Assembly (NCBI GenBank): GCA_963668025.2
Contig: CAXXTH010000013.1
Coordinates: 1-64,000 of the forward strand
Direction: 5' to 3'
DNA: 64,000 nucleotides
From: Candidatus Hydrogenedentota bacterium
Lineage (GTDB): Bacteria > Hydrogenedentota > Hydrogenedentia > Hydrogenedentales > SLHB01
Below are positions 39,185 to 49,356 of the stretch, one piece after another. The notes beneath the pieces are model-generated. The model was not told the origin of the DNA. It was given only the letters and a program-made list of their open reading frames with translations, and ran no database searches. The position numbers and the translations under genes were made by a program. Each line of letters starts with the position of its first letter. Positions within the stretch are counted from its first letter, which is position 1.

Positions 39185-40591
39185 TTATAGCGCCGCGAAA
39201 CCGATGTTTGCGTAGGAGGCCATGGCTTGCAAGGCTTCCAAATGATGGCCTTGGATCAAGGCGCTGTGATGGGTGCCGCCGAGACGGGAATAAGCCTCTA
39301 GAAACGCCCCCAGCTCCATGCCAGGCCGGATCCAGCCACGAATCGAGTCCTGCATATCGGGACGTTTCGAGTCTTCTAGAACTTCAACCGGTGCGGCGAT
39401 GAGCGTGAAGGTGTCATTTGGACCGGGTGCGATATTGACAAGCGTCGCGGGGCCGGGCGCGGGTGCGCACGCGGCGATGACGGGATTGTGCGCGGGCGTC
39501 CAGGGGAAGTCTTTTTCGACCAAGCGCGCGCGGCGTCCAGCGATATCTGGATTGATTTCGCCCATATGGGACAAGAACAGGCTTTGGCCCGTCCAGTCCG
39601 GGCAGAAGATCTCCGTAAACGTCACACCGCCGAAGGCGCGGGCCAGCGCGCCCACGAAGGCGGCGGTGAGGACATCGCCTTCGCCCGCATATCCGATGCC
39701 TCGAGCCATGGCTTTTGATGCTTCGAGAAACGGCACGGTGTCGATGGGCGGTTCCGGCGAATCAAAGGAGCGGAAATTCATCGAGAAGGCGCTGTAGCCG
39801 CCTTCCTCAAGGACGCGCCGTAATGCAAGCCCCACACGCACGGAACGGCGATGGGCTTCCGCGTCCGCCACGGCCTCGAAGCGTTCGCGGTCGGCGGCCA
39901 ATTCAGCTTCAATGGCTTCCGTGGAAATATGGCGGGCGGCCTCATGCAGCCCTTCCGGCGTGATGTTATGCACCGAGATGCCGAGTGTTTGGCGTAGTAT
40001 GTTTTCTTCGACGGCGAAATCGCCCATCCCGGCAAAAGGCGGGCCAATGCGCAGCGTCTTGGCTTCATGAAGCCGTCTTGCCGCGCAAGCGCCCCGTGCG
40101 ATTTCGGCGGCGCGGCGGAGTACGGGTGAATGGTCTGCGTGCCCGGCGGCGATTTGGAAGGAGCGGCTTCGGCGCAGGAGCATGCAGGCCAAGTCCTGTA
40201 CGCCATGAATGCCGTGGTTATACAAAATGCGCTCGGGCGGGGTGTCTATGCCGAAGGATTCGTCCATGGTCGTATCGAGCAGCAACAAGGGCAGCCGGGT
40301 GTTCGCCAGAGGGCCAATGGATTCGAGGGACGGGGAATAGGCGAGATGGATGATAACGAGTGCGTCTACATGCTCCGCCTCGAAACGTTCGACGGCGGCG
40401 GAGACTTCCGGTTCCAGGCGGCACACATCGGCGAATACGGTACGGATGCCTTGCGCCTCTAGGTCGGCTTTGATGCGCTCGAGAAAAGGTGTGAACACCG
40501 GACGCATTTGAGGCAGGCAGTCGTCATACAGTTCCAAGTATAACGGAAGTACGCCCGCCAAAGGATTTGAATTTATCGCGGATGCATTCAT
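39185..40591 (-). CDS. L-arabinose/L-fucose isomerase family protein
   Basis: YNHGIHG.QD, GYAGEGD, FTE, LSHMGE, GGTHHSAL. Confidence 0.85.
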   Translation of the reverse strand: MNASAINSNPLAGVLPLYLELYDDCLPQMRPVFTPFLERIKADLEAQGIRTVFADVCRLEPEVSAAVERFEAEHVDALVIIHLAYSPSLESIGPLANTRLPLLLLDTTMDESFGIDTPPERILYNHGIHGVQDLACMLLRRSRSFQIAAGHADHSPVLRRAAEIARGACAARRLHEAKTLRIGPPFAGMGDFAVEENILRQTLGISVHNITPEGLHEAARHISTEAIEAELAADRERFEAVADAEAHRRSVRVGLALRRVLEEGGYSAFSMNFRSFDSPEPPIDTVPFLEASKAMARGIGYAGEGDVLTAAFVGALARAFGGVTFTEIFCPDWTGQSLFLSHMGEINPDIAGRRARLVEKDFPWTPAHNPVIAACAPAPGPATLVNIAPGPNDTFTLIAAPVEVLEDSKRPDMQDSIRGWIRPGMELGAFLEAYSRLGGTHHSALIQGHHLEALQAMASYANIGFAAL

Positions 40592-40603
40592 GTACGCATT
40601 CTC

Positions 40604-42097
40604 CTATGTGGTTTGTATGGAAAACGGCTGGGCCTCGGGAAGGCGGCCATATGCTTGCTCGAACACGGTTCGATACGTTTCATATGCGAATCTGATGGCA
40701 TCTTGTTGCGATTGTGCGGGCTTGCCTGCTGGAAGAAGCTTTGCGCTGGCTGTCTTCGGTGAAAAGGCGTACACCGCGCCTCGGGAGGCGGCGCTGCCGG
40801 GATCTTCGAGCAAGTGGACGGGTATGGATTCAAACAAAGCGGCGATGATCTGAGGGATGTACCACGATTTTCCCGCGCCTCCACATAGCGCCACTCCATC
40901 CAGATGCCCACATTTGGCTGCTGATTCGAGCGTGCGCCAGAGTTCAAATGCCAATCCCGCCGCCACGGCTCGAAGCATGTCCGCGCCAGTGGAAAGCGTA
41001 CTTAATCCTGTGAAAAGGCCCGCGCCGGGCTGATGCGGTGGAAAGGGATTCGGTTGAGTCAGCCATGGCAGCGCCACCAAGCCATTGCAGGGCAGCAGGG
41101 CTTGCTCGAACAGCGCAGAGGCCTTCTTCACGGCTGTATGTATATTTTTGCAGACAAATGTTTGCAGCGCCCAATCCCATGCGGCGTTGCCCGCGAATAG
41201 CGGCAGAACCATCAAGAGGCCATCTTCAATAGGTGAGGGCACTTTGATGCAAAATGGGGATGCGGCCCGCACCCCAGCGGGCAGCCGGAAATTGCCCACC
41301 CAGGACGTGCCCAATGAACACTGCAGCGGGTGTTCGAGCGGACCGGTGGCGGCAAGGTAGCTGGCTTCCTGGTCGAAATACGGTCCCGCGACGGGCAGCC
41401 CTTGGGGAAGCCCGAGTTTGTTCGCGGTTAACGTGCGTAGCGGAGTGGTTTCATGGCCACGGCGGAGGGGGGCGAAAAAGGAGCAAGTAAGCCCCAATAA
41501 ATCCAGTACGGCTGGGGGAATTTGGTTTTTAGGGGCATTAAGCCCCGTGGCTTGTGCGGCATGGCCCGCGTCTTGACGCCAATGGCCGGTCAAGTGAAAA
41601 AACAGGTATTCGCCTGCTCCCACGTGCAAATAGTCGTTGGTGAATAACTCCGGTTGTTTGGCTTGAAATTGTGCGAGGCGGCCTAGGCCCGCGGGGGCGA
41701 TTGGATTTCCCACATTGGTGCGCCAAAACGAGGGGGGCTTCCGCTGTTGTATCTGGGCGGCGTCGGCGATAGCGCGCGAGTCGTTCCACAAAACCAAAGG
41801 CGTTTGGGCGGCGCCGGTTTCTCGATGAACCAGCATGGAGCTTCCCGCTTGGCTGGCCAGGCCCACGGCGCGGACCTCGCGCCAGCGGACGCCGAGTTCC
41901 CGCCGTAACTGGTTCAAGCTGGCGTATAAGGAACGCAGGAGCAGCGTGGGCGATTGCTCGGAAGCACCCGGAACGGGCGAGTCACAAGGCAATCGCTTGG
42001 CGGCTTGAGACAAGAGACGGCCAGAGCCTTCTTCGAAGGCGCACGCCTTTAACACGGTCGTGCCCGCATCAATGCCGATCAGAATTGATTTCGCCAT
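40604..42097 (-). CDS. FGGY-family carbohydrate kinase
   Basis: IGIDAGTT..K, LWNDSR, DQ, SLGTS, LCGGAGKS. Confidence 0.88.
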   Translation of the reverse strand: MAKSILIGIDAGTTVLKACAFEEGSGRLLSQAAKRLPCDSPVPGASEQSPTLLLRSLYASLNQLRRELGVRWREVRAVGLASQAGSSMLVHRETGAAQTPLVLWNDSRAIADAAQIQQRKPPSFWRTNVGNPIAPAGLGRLAQFQAKQPELFTNDYLHVGAGEYLFFHLTGHWRQDAGHAAQATGLNAPKNQIPPAVLDLLGLTCSFFAPLRRGHETTPLRTLTANKLGLPQGLPVAGPYFDQEASYLAATGPLEHPLQCSLGTSWVGNFRLPAGVRAASPFCIKVPSPIEDGLLMVLPLFAGNAAWDWALQTFVCKNIHTAVKKASALFEQALLPCNGLVALPWLTQPNPFPPHQPGAGLFTGLSTLSTGADMLRAVAAGLAFELWRTLESAAKCGHLDGVALCGGAGKSWYIPQIIAALFESIPVHLLEDPGSAASRGAVYAFSPKTASAKLLPAGKPAQSQQDAIRFAYETYRTVFEQAYGRLPEAQPFSIQTT

Positions 42098-42288
42098 GAA
42101 AGAATGACCCCAAAATACTCAGCAAGCTTTTTGAATCCGCTGAGCTTTTCTTTGTTTTGATTCAAGTTCTTAAGGGCTATGGAATTTTGCTCCACAAATG
42201 CGCGCAAATTCCGCTGCATTGGCTGAAGAGATATAAACCATGGCGCCTACTCTATCTTCATTCGCGTCAAAAAAATGCCATACCGCAT

Positions 42289-43077
42289 TCAAGAAACAAC
42301 CGCTGTATCCGCATTGCCCGGCATTGAGGCAATATGCAGGTTCCGCGTGAGGGCGCTTGCTTTTTTGCGCAGCGGGCGGCTTAAGCCATCGTCGGTGAAT
42401 ACATGGGAAAAGGATGACCAATCCGCGTAACGGACGAACGCGGTCTGGCCGAATTTCGAGTGGTCCACCAATAATACCGCCTCGCGGGAATTGGCGATCA
42501 TCGCCTGGGTTACGCGTGCGATAGATAGATCTGTCGTATAAATGCCATCATCCGTCACCCCGTCCGCTCCCGCGAATGCGATGTCGACATGAAAACGCCG
42601 GACGTTTTCTTCCGTCAGCCATCCGGACAAGTCTGGATTGCCTTTACGCGCTGAGCCGCCGAGCAAAACCAAGTCGATGTTGTCTCGCGCATATAAAACG
42701 GATGCGATGGGGAGCGAAGAGGTCAGGACTTGAAGCCGGGGCGTAGCGGCCAGGAAACGGGATAATTCGAGCGTCGTGGTTCCCGTATCGAGGCAAATGG
42801 CCATGCCAGGTTCCACGAGGGCGGCGGCTTCGCGGGCAATGGCGGATTTTTCCGCCGCGTGGCATTCTCCCTGCTGGCGAAACGAAAACTCGACGACCCC
42901 GGGCGATGCTATGACCGCACCGCCGTGGGTGCGGAGCAATTCGCCTTTTTCTTCGAGGAAAGCCAAATCGCGCCGGATGGTCATCACACTGACGTCAAGC
43001 TGTTCCGCCAGGTCCCGAACGGTAACCTCGTTTCCTGAAGCCAGTAGATCGCGTATTGTTTCATGCCGTGGAACCAT
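42289..43077 (-). CDS. DeoR/GlpR family transcriptional regulator
   Basis: VSVMTIRRDL..LE..G...RTHGGA, EKSAIA, LDTGTT, DHSKFG. Confidence 0.95.
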   Translation of the reverse strand: MVPRHETIRDLLASGNEVTVRDLAEQLDVSVMTIRRDLAFLEEKGELLRTHGGAVIASPGVVEFSFRQQGECHAAEKSAIAREAAALVEPGMAICLDTGTTTLELSRFLAATPRLQVLTSSLPIASVLYARDNIDLVLLGGSARKGNPDLSGWLTEENVRRFHVDIAFAGADGVTDDGIYTTDLSIARVTQAMIANSREAVLLVDHSKFGQTAFVRYADWSSFSHVFTDDGLSRPLRKKASALTRNLHIASMPGNADTAVVS

Positions 43078-43363
43078 GTCGCCTCCCTGTTCTTTTGTGG
43101 GCGTTTATGTTCGATTATATACCCTATGCTGCCGTCCAATTGCAAACAAATCTAACCACTTCATTTTCGATGCATATATCGTTTGATTTCAAGGAGATTC
43201 TACATCGATTCGGTGTCTTGACAGAAAAGGGGGAAAGGATGTAGACTCCGATTAGTAAACGTTTTCTATGAGGATGGGGGAAACGCACAACGGGGGATCA
43301 TCTGGCTCCAAGTGGGTGTGGAAAAAGTTAAAGTGATGTGTTTCACCAACAAGAGAGGGCGCG

Positions 43364-45757
43364 ATGTTGGATACGAAGATGCTGGCCCGGTATTGGGTAT
43401 GTTGGTTATGGATGCTGATATGGTGCGCGGGCGTCAATGAAGCGATGGCTGATACGCCGCTTGAAACGAACCGTGCGGCGAATGATCCGAAGGCCAAGAT
43501 GGAAGTGATCAGCCAGACGCTAAGCGAGCTTAGGCAGGTTCATGTCCAGATTGCGGAAGAACTCGAAAGCCGCTTGATTCGCGTCCAGATGAGGCTGTCT
43601 CCAGAGCTGAGCATGTGCGGGGAGAAGGTCACGCTTACGATAGAGGCCTTGGCGGAGAAAGCGCCGAATCCCACCTTGGAACTCTACACGGATTATTTGG
43701 CCAACCAGATGGACCAGAAGAGTGAAATCACACTGAAGTGGCGCGCGGCGGGTGCGCGCCATGGGCTTACGGTTTACCAAGCCAAACATACCTTCCGCCA
43801 GAAAGAGCCCGGTTGTTACTTGCTTCATTGGCAATGTGACATTGGTGGGGATGTGCCGGAGTTTTGGCGTTCCTTTGCCGTGATTACCGATGAATATGCC
43901 GTCTGCACCTTCAATTCCACCAGCCATCGCTCGACCACTCCCCACGAGGATTTTCACGCGATGCATTTCCCGCTGGATTGCTGGGAGCAGAAGGCCTTGC
44001 TATTGCCCAATTTGATTGATGATCCGAGGCCCGATCATTGGGCGTACGTAACCCGCGATTACCGGCAATACGGCGATGCTCCTTCTCCCATGCTATTCAC
44101 CGACTACTACCTTCGCAACTACCCGAAAGAAGGGAGCCTGTATCACGATCCCGACGAGATACAGCAGGCGGTGCTATCCATGTACCGCGAGGTCTGGCCC
44201 ATGCTTGGTTTTGATGGGCCGATGGCCAATTTCGCCACGTATAGCTTAGGCAATAAAACGGTGCAGATCGCTCGAGGACAGGGATTCAAGACGATCTCCG
44301 CATTGTGCGCCGAGCAAAACTGGCAGGACGGCAGCTTCCAAATCAACCACTCCGGCATGCCCGACCGCCCGTATTTCATCAGCAAGGAAGACTTCCGCAA
44401 GGCAGGCGATGGCGGGCCGGACGGCATGGTCGGCATGATCCAGTGCCATCGCAATCCGGTGCTCTGCCATGATTATGACTGCCTGTATTCCTTGGAGCCG
44501 TGCTGCCTTTTGTTGTGGAATCCCATGGATGGAGCGGGGCGCATGATGGCGGATGACCTCGCGATGTCGCGGATGTATGAGAACTTCGACGCGATGGTTC
44601 AGAACCGCCTTTCACACGATGCGCCGTATTTCTTTACCGTCGGGATCGAACTGAATGGCTTCCCAATAGGCTTGGCCAATGATCCGAAATATGGCGATCC
44701 CCAAATCACGCAGTCCAACCGCCTATTGATGGAGTATGCGGCCCGCAAGAGCGGCAGCGAGCCGCTGGCCTTCGCCACGGGGCGCGGGGTGACGGAGTTT
44801 TATCGCACCCATTTCAAGAAAACGCCCGAGACGGCGTGCTACCAGCACGATTATTATTGCGGCGTCACCCGGATCAATGATTTTCGGTGGGGTAAATACC
44901 TGAGCCCCGATAGCACGGATGAAAACAAGATCATCAAGCCGGAGGTGCTGGATTCGCTGAAACCGGCAGGTTTTCCGGATGTCATGGAGATGGAAGGGCC
45001 GGAATTCAAGGCCATCTTCAAAGCGCCGGAAACGCTTCCTTATTCCTATTACGATTATCAAGTGAAGTGGGAGTATCCGGACTGGGGGAATGAGGGCCTG
45101 CCACGCAATCTGCGGGGATATTTGGCTCCGGGAACATATGACTTAACGAAGCGCGTCCCGGCGATCCTCGATACGCGCCCGTTCCAAATCGAGCGCACCG
45201 ACGAGGCCAGCGAGGATTCCCTGGTGGTCCGGCTCACGGTCCAGGCTTCGGCGGCGCAGCGCAGCCTGGCTTTGGCGCTTTGGGATCTGCCCCGCCAATG
45301 GCGCGAAGGAGATGGCTGGTGGAACGTGAAGGGCGCGGCGCGTTTTGTGCCCGTGCGCGCGCCGTTTACGGGCAACCTCAACGGCATCCTTGTGGCCGAT
45401 GTGAAGGAAGGAACCAACACGTTTGTCTTGAAGATCCATTCGCCCGAACAGCAACCCATGGCGACGGCCTTCAAACTCTCCGATACGCTCGAGGGACGCG
45501 TGTTTCACCGCGATGGGCAGTATTTCGGCTACATATGGACCACACGTCCGGAAGGCGAAACACTCGTGGTGAATCCGCCTGCGGGAGAGCATGTGACGGC
45601 CTGCATGGCCCCCGATGGCGATATCCAGGCATGCCCAGCGGGAACGGCCACACGCTTCCCCCTCGAACCGCACGGCTGGATGCGGCTGTTGGGACTCGAT
45701 ATTGGCAAAATACAGCAATACTGCACGGCGGAATTCCCGGCAAGCCCGGCGTCGTGA
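43364..45757 (+). CDS. Large exported hypothetical protein, possibly carbohydrate-active
   Basis: 797-aa ORF with a signal peptide, divergent from DeoR. TTGACA-N18-TAGACT upstream at 43218-43247. Confidence 0.8.
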   Translation: MLDTKMLARYWVCWLWMLIWCAGVNEAMADTPLETNRAANDPKAKMEVISQTLSELRQVHVQIAEELESRLIRVQMRLSPELSMCGEKVTLTIEALAEKAPNPTLELYTDYLANQMDQKSEITLKWRAAGARHGLTVYQAKHTFRQKEPGCYLLHWQCDIGGDVPEFWRSFAVITDEYAVCTFNSTSHRSTTPHEDFHAMHFPLDCWEQKALLLPNLIDDPRPDHWAYVTRDYRQYGDAPSPMLFTDYYLRNYPKEGSLYHDPDEIQQAVLSMYREVWPMLGFDGPMANFATYSLGNKTVQIARGQGFKTISALCAEQNWQDGSFQINHSGMPDRPYFISKEDFRKAGDGGPDGMVGMIQCHRNPVLCHDYDCLYSLEPCCLLLWNPMDGAGRMMADDLAMSRMYENFDAMVQNRLSHDAPYFFTVGIELNGFPIGLANDPKYGDPQITQSNRLLMEYAARKSGSEPLAFATGRGVTEFYRTHFKKTPETACYQHDYYCGVTRINDFRWGKYLSPDSTDENKIIKPEVLDSLKPAGFPDVMEMEGPEFKAIFKAPETLPYSYYDYQVKWEYPDWGNEGLPRNLRGYLAPGTYDLTKRVPAILDTRPFQIERTDEASEDSLVVRLTVQASAAQRSLALALWDLPRQWREGDGWWNVKGAARFVPVRAPFTGNLNGILVADVKEGTNTFVLKIHSPEQQPMATAFKLSDTLEGRVFHRDGQYFGYIWTTRPEGETLVVNPPAGEHVTACMAPDGDIQACPAGTATRFPLEPHGWMRLLGLDIGKIQQYCTAEFPASPAS

Positions 45758-45762
45758 CGGAA

Positions 45763-46371
45763 GAGCCGGATTATTTCACCACTAAGACACTAAGACACAA
45801 GGAATTGGAAGCGGCTCCTTGTGTCTTAGTGTCTTTGTGTTGAAACATACTGATGCTACACGCCGGCGGTGGAGCGCCGTACCCTCCCTATTCGCGAATA
45901 TATCCTTTTTTCGGTGATTTCCGGGAACTTGACTCTTTTTCATATTTCGTCCTATTCTACTCATAAATGAAATGGCCGTTACCTGTGAAAGTGGAGCAAG
46001 GGGCGGGGGCGCTGCGGCCGCTTTATCGATCTGCTTATGTCTTGATATGAGCTGTGGAGGTTGTAAGCTGTGCAGGAATTCATGGGCTCGATTGCTACAG
46101 TAGACAGGCCACAAATCGCTGCTTTTTCGAGTCGTTTCCTCCGAGCCGGATTATTTCAACACAAAGGCACTAAGACACAAGGAGCCGGTGCCAGTTCCTT
46201 GTGTCTTGGTGCCTTTGTGTTGAAACATATGAAGGCTGCGTAGCGGCGGAACGCCATTTTTCGTACGAACAAATATGTCCATTTTTCGGTGATTTCTGGG
46301 AACTTGACTCTTTTTCATATTTCGCCCTATTCTACCAATGAAGGGAATCGGCGTTACCTACGAAAGTGGAG
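45763..46371. repeat. ~230-bp diverged direct repeat (45763-45996, 46143-46371), each unit with a 28-bp-arm hairpin and a promoter-like motif
   Basis: Both units begin GAGCCGGATTATTTCA. Both carry ...AAGACACAAGG-N14-CCTTGTGTCTT... and TTGACT-N18-TATTCT, and both end GAAAGTGGAG. Confidence 0.9.
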
Positions 46372-46562
46372 GGGAAGGCCAAGGGGTAGGGAAGCTTGTA
46401 GAGTGGTGGATTTGACAAGGTAGTATAACCAATAGGTCAAAAAGAGAGATTGTAGGTTATGCGAATATGATAAGCATCACCTGTAACAAAAAAACTAAAA
46501 AGTCTCAAAAAGCAACTTGATATATACCTAAAATAAAATATTTTTATTAAGGGGAATATTTG

Positions 46563-47096
46563 ATGAGCCAGCAAATCCAGGAGTCACTAAGTGTTCTGGA
46601 CCATATTACCCGTAGAAAAAACACGAGAGAGAATCGTTCCACTAAATTGCTCAGGGATCCTAATGCTGAAACACCTGATGGATGGTTCATGTATGTGCCG
46701 ATCTGTTTTAATGACGCTTTGGATATCAAACAGACCGAAAGAGTAGATGGCAAGAAGAAGAACCTTATGTGGTCACAAGGATCTACTTTTTCGTTCAAAG
46801 CAGGAGATACTTTGTATGACACTTCTGATGCATATAAAGTTTGGTCCGCTGCTCTGAAAAGCATAAATATTTGCGTTCAGATAAAGACTGCCTATGATGC
46901 CGGTCAATATGAAAAAGGCTCCGATAGATTTTCTGGCTCTGTCACCATCTCCATCCTGAGTCCTAACGAAGATCGAAGCAAACTCATAGATCGGGGCGAA
47001 TATACAATGTCACAGGACGAGTTCGTTAGATTTCTCATTGTCGGGCCATCGGTCGAATTAATGACTAGAATTGGAAACCTACTCACGAGATATTAG
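46563..47096 (+). CDS. Hypothetical protein, low GC
   Basis: 177-aa ORF with AAGGGG RBS. No family recognised. Confidence 0.7.
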   Translation: MSQQIQESLSVLDHITRRKNTRENRSTKLLRDPNAETPDGWFMYVPICFNDALDIKQTERVDGKKKNLMWSQGSTFSFKAGDTLYDTSDAYKVWSAALKSINICVQIKTAYDAGQYEKGSDRFSGSVTISILSPNEDRSKLIDRGEYTMSQDEFVRFLIVGPSVELMTRIGNLLTRY

Positions 47097-47163
47097 GTTT
47101 TGGGGTATTTTAAGAAGAGAGAAGATTCAAATTCGAACAAGTCATTTCTACTAAGGTAATAGT

Positions 47164-47628
47164 ATGCTACTGGCGCAATATATAAAAATAGTATTCATTA
47201 TATTTGTTTTTCTCTTGTTTAGTGCTTGTCTGTTCAGAGGTCCAGTGGATGTCATTGTTGCCGATCATGAGATTATGTTGGATGAGCAAGGAACGGAAAT
47301 CCAATGTAATCCACCTTTAATGCGCATACGAAGAAATGGTTCTCTACAGATAAAGATTAAAGAAGAATGGGATGCGGAGCCGCCATGGCACCAGATTATT
47401 TTGGAAAGTGGCAAGGCCGTTACTATCACGGTAGTTTTGAACGCGGGTGATGGAAGACAGTATATTCCGAGTACGATAGGAATGGCATCAGGACACGACG
47501 AAAAGTTTATATCAATCAGGTTCAATCCGCAAATACCACAAAATGCGGAAATCAAATCGATACTACTAAAAGCAAGTTCTCCTATTTCTGTAGAGAATAT
47601 AAGCTGGCGTAATTTTGATCCGCTATAA
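47164..47628 (+). CDS. Hypothetical lipoprotein, low GC
   Basis: Hydrophobic N-terminus with an FSAC lipobox. Confidence 0.7.
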   Translation: MLLAQYIKIVFIIFVFLLFSACLFRGPVDVIVADHEIMLDEQGTEIQCNPPLMRIRRNGSLQIKIKEEWDAEPPWHQIILESGKAVTITVVLNAGDGRQYIPSTIGMASGHDEKFISIRFNPQIPQNAEIKSILLKASSPISVENISWRNFDPL

Positions 47629-47649
47629 CTTAAGAAGAGGGAAGTAAGC

Positions 47650-47979
47650 ATGTTTGTGACAACGACATTCACGATAGAAGGCTATCGAATCAAGGAATAT
47701 AAGGGGGTGGCGCGGGGCATTATTGTGCGCTCTCCCACGATTGCGCAGGGAATCGTTGGGGGATTGAAGAATATCATAGGCGGGAGAATCGGCGCGTACA
47801 CGGAGATGTGTGAACAGGCGCGGTCGCAAGCCTATGATCTTTTATGTGAGCATGCCGAACAGATGGGGGCAAATGCAATCATCGGCATGAAATATGATGC
47901 TTCGGAGGTGGTTAGCCAAGGCTCCGCCACCGAAGTGCTCTGCTATGGGACTGCGGTCGTAGTCGTTCCAGAGGGATAG
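47650..47979 (+). CDS. YbjQ/UPF0145 family protein
   Basis: VTTT..IEG.RI.EY.G...G, GLKNIIGG....Y, GANAIIG..YD, EVLCYGTAV. Confidence 0.93.
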   Translation: MFVTTTFTIEGYRIKEYKGVARGIIVRSPTIAQGIVGGLKNIIGGRIGAYTEMCEQARSQAYDLLCEHAEQMGANAIIGMKYDASEVVSQGSATEVLCYGTAVVVVPEG

Positions 47980-48065
47980 GTAGACAAAATTCGACAAGAC
48001 CTTTCGATATGCCGAGCATTCGGGATGTTGTGCGGTCGAAGTACACTTTTTGGGGGGCTCCATCC

Positions 48066-48491
48066 ATGATACCGGGCGTTTGCATCATGATCGTATCGTC
48101 CAAGTTTCCCATATTGGAGGGCGAGGAAAGTGAGTTGGTTAATAAGGGATTTTATGGAAAGGCTCTTTGCCAATACCTTCAGGATAAGCTCACCAAGGCG
48201 GGATACCAGGTTCCATTCTATTGTTGTGAAGACTGGGGGTGGTGGGTTGAGCTCAAAGGCCCAGGGACTCCGATGGGATTGCTAGTTTATTGCATGCCTG
48301 AACAAAAAGGCGATCCCAAAAAATACGCAATCATGTCTTCGATAACCGATGAAAAGATGTGGTCATGGCGTAAACTTAGGAAGATCGAAGTGGGTGCGTC
48401 TGTGAAGAAGGTGATGGATGATCTCGAACAACTGCTTAAAGAAGACAAAGAAATAGACAGTGTAACCAGGCATGACGAATATCCTGGTTGA
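48066..48491 (+). CDS. Hypothetical protein
   Basis: ORF containing N.G.YGKAL..YL and EDWGWWV. Start uncertain (48066 or 48087). Confidence 0.7.
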   Translation: MIPGVCIMIVSSKFPILEGEESELVNKGFYGKALCQYLQDKLTKAGYQVPFYCCEDWGWWVELKGPGTPMGLLVYCMPEQKGDPKKYAIMSSITDEKMWSWRKLRKIEVGASVKKVMDDLEQLLKEDKEIDSVTRHDEYPG

Positions 48492-48574
48492 TCACGGCAG
48501 GGAGGCAAAATCCACTGGCATGGGCGTTGCTTATGACCCAATGGACCAGCATAACATAGTTTATTCTCGGTTAC

Positions 48575-48686
48575 CTTTGCGTTTTTTGCGGCGCTGCGTG
48601 CGTATGAATGGGTGGGGGCGCGCTACCGGTATCGGTGTATACAATTTTTAGTTATATATTTCACGCAAAGACGCGAAGCCGCAAAG
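48575..48686. repeat. CTTTGCG-type imperfect inverted repeat
   Basis: CTTTGCGTTTTTTGCGGCGCTGCGTG ... CACGCAAAGACGCGAAGCCGCAAAG. Confidence 0.5.
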
Positions 48687-48900
48687 AGTGTAAACGTTTG
48701 AAGCGTGGCATACCTGTAATGAAAAGACTTCTTGTTTATTTTATGGAAGCTGGAGAGTAAGGTGCTGAAGGTTAAAAGAGGTCAACTGGCGTTGTTGGCA
48801 TGTATTGATAGAATTATTAAATGTAATATCTGTTATGGAATGGTAATTTTGGGAGTTGTTTCAACCAAAATAAAATAACAACAGTGGGGGTAGTACTGCG

Positions 48901-49299
48901 ATGTGTGGCATTGCTTCGTTGATTGGGCTTGTGATCGGATTTGCTATTGGCTCGCTCATTGGGGCCCTCATCATACAACTGGTTACGAGATGGATATGCG
49001 GATTCGCCCCACCGTATAGCATGGCATATCGAGCATGCATATTTTCTTGTCTTGCAGGCTTGGTCATTAGCATAGCGCTTGCAATCATTTGTGGGGACAT
49101 AGGCGGTGCGCTTGATCTGCTGGATTATGTTATAAGCTTTTTCGTTACTGCAGGAATATTTAGCCTTGTGCTCAAAGATGACTATGGCGATGTGATCAGC
49201 TTTGGTAAAGCGTGCTTGATTAGTCTTGTGCTGGTATTGATCGGTGTGGTTTTTAGAGGGGGGATTTTTTTGCTCGCGGGCCTTGTGTCACAAGCATAA
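48901..49299 (+). CDS. Hypothetical integral membrane protein (~4 TM)
   Basis: 132-aa ORF that is mostly hydrophobic. Confidence 0.7.
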   Translation: MCGIASLIGLVIGFAIGSLIGALIIQLVTRWICGFAPPYSMAYRACIFSCLAGLVISIALAIICGDIGGALDLLDYVISFFVTAGIFSLVLKDDYGDVISFGKACLISLVLVLIGVVFRGGIFLLAGLVSQA

Positions 49300-49356
49300 A
49301 ACGAACGATAGAAAAACCTTCCCTTTTTATACGATGGCTTAATGTCTTAAGCATAA

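Noticed and set aside
46400-49350. Integron cassette array
   Set aside because: No tyrosine integrase and no convincing RYYYAAC...GTTRRRY attC sites between the genes.
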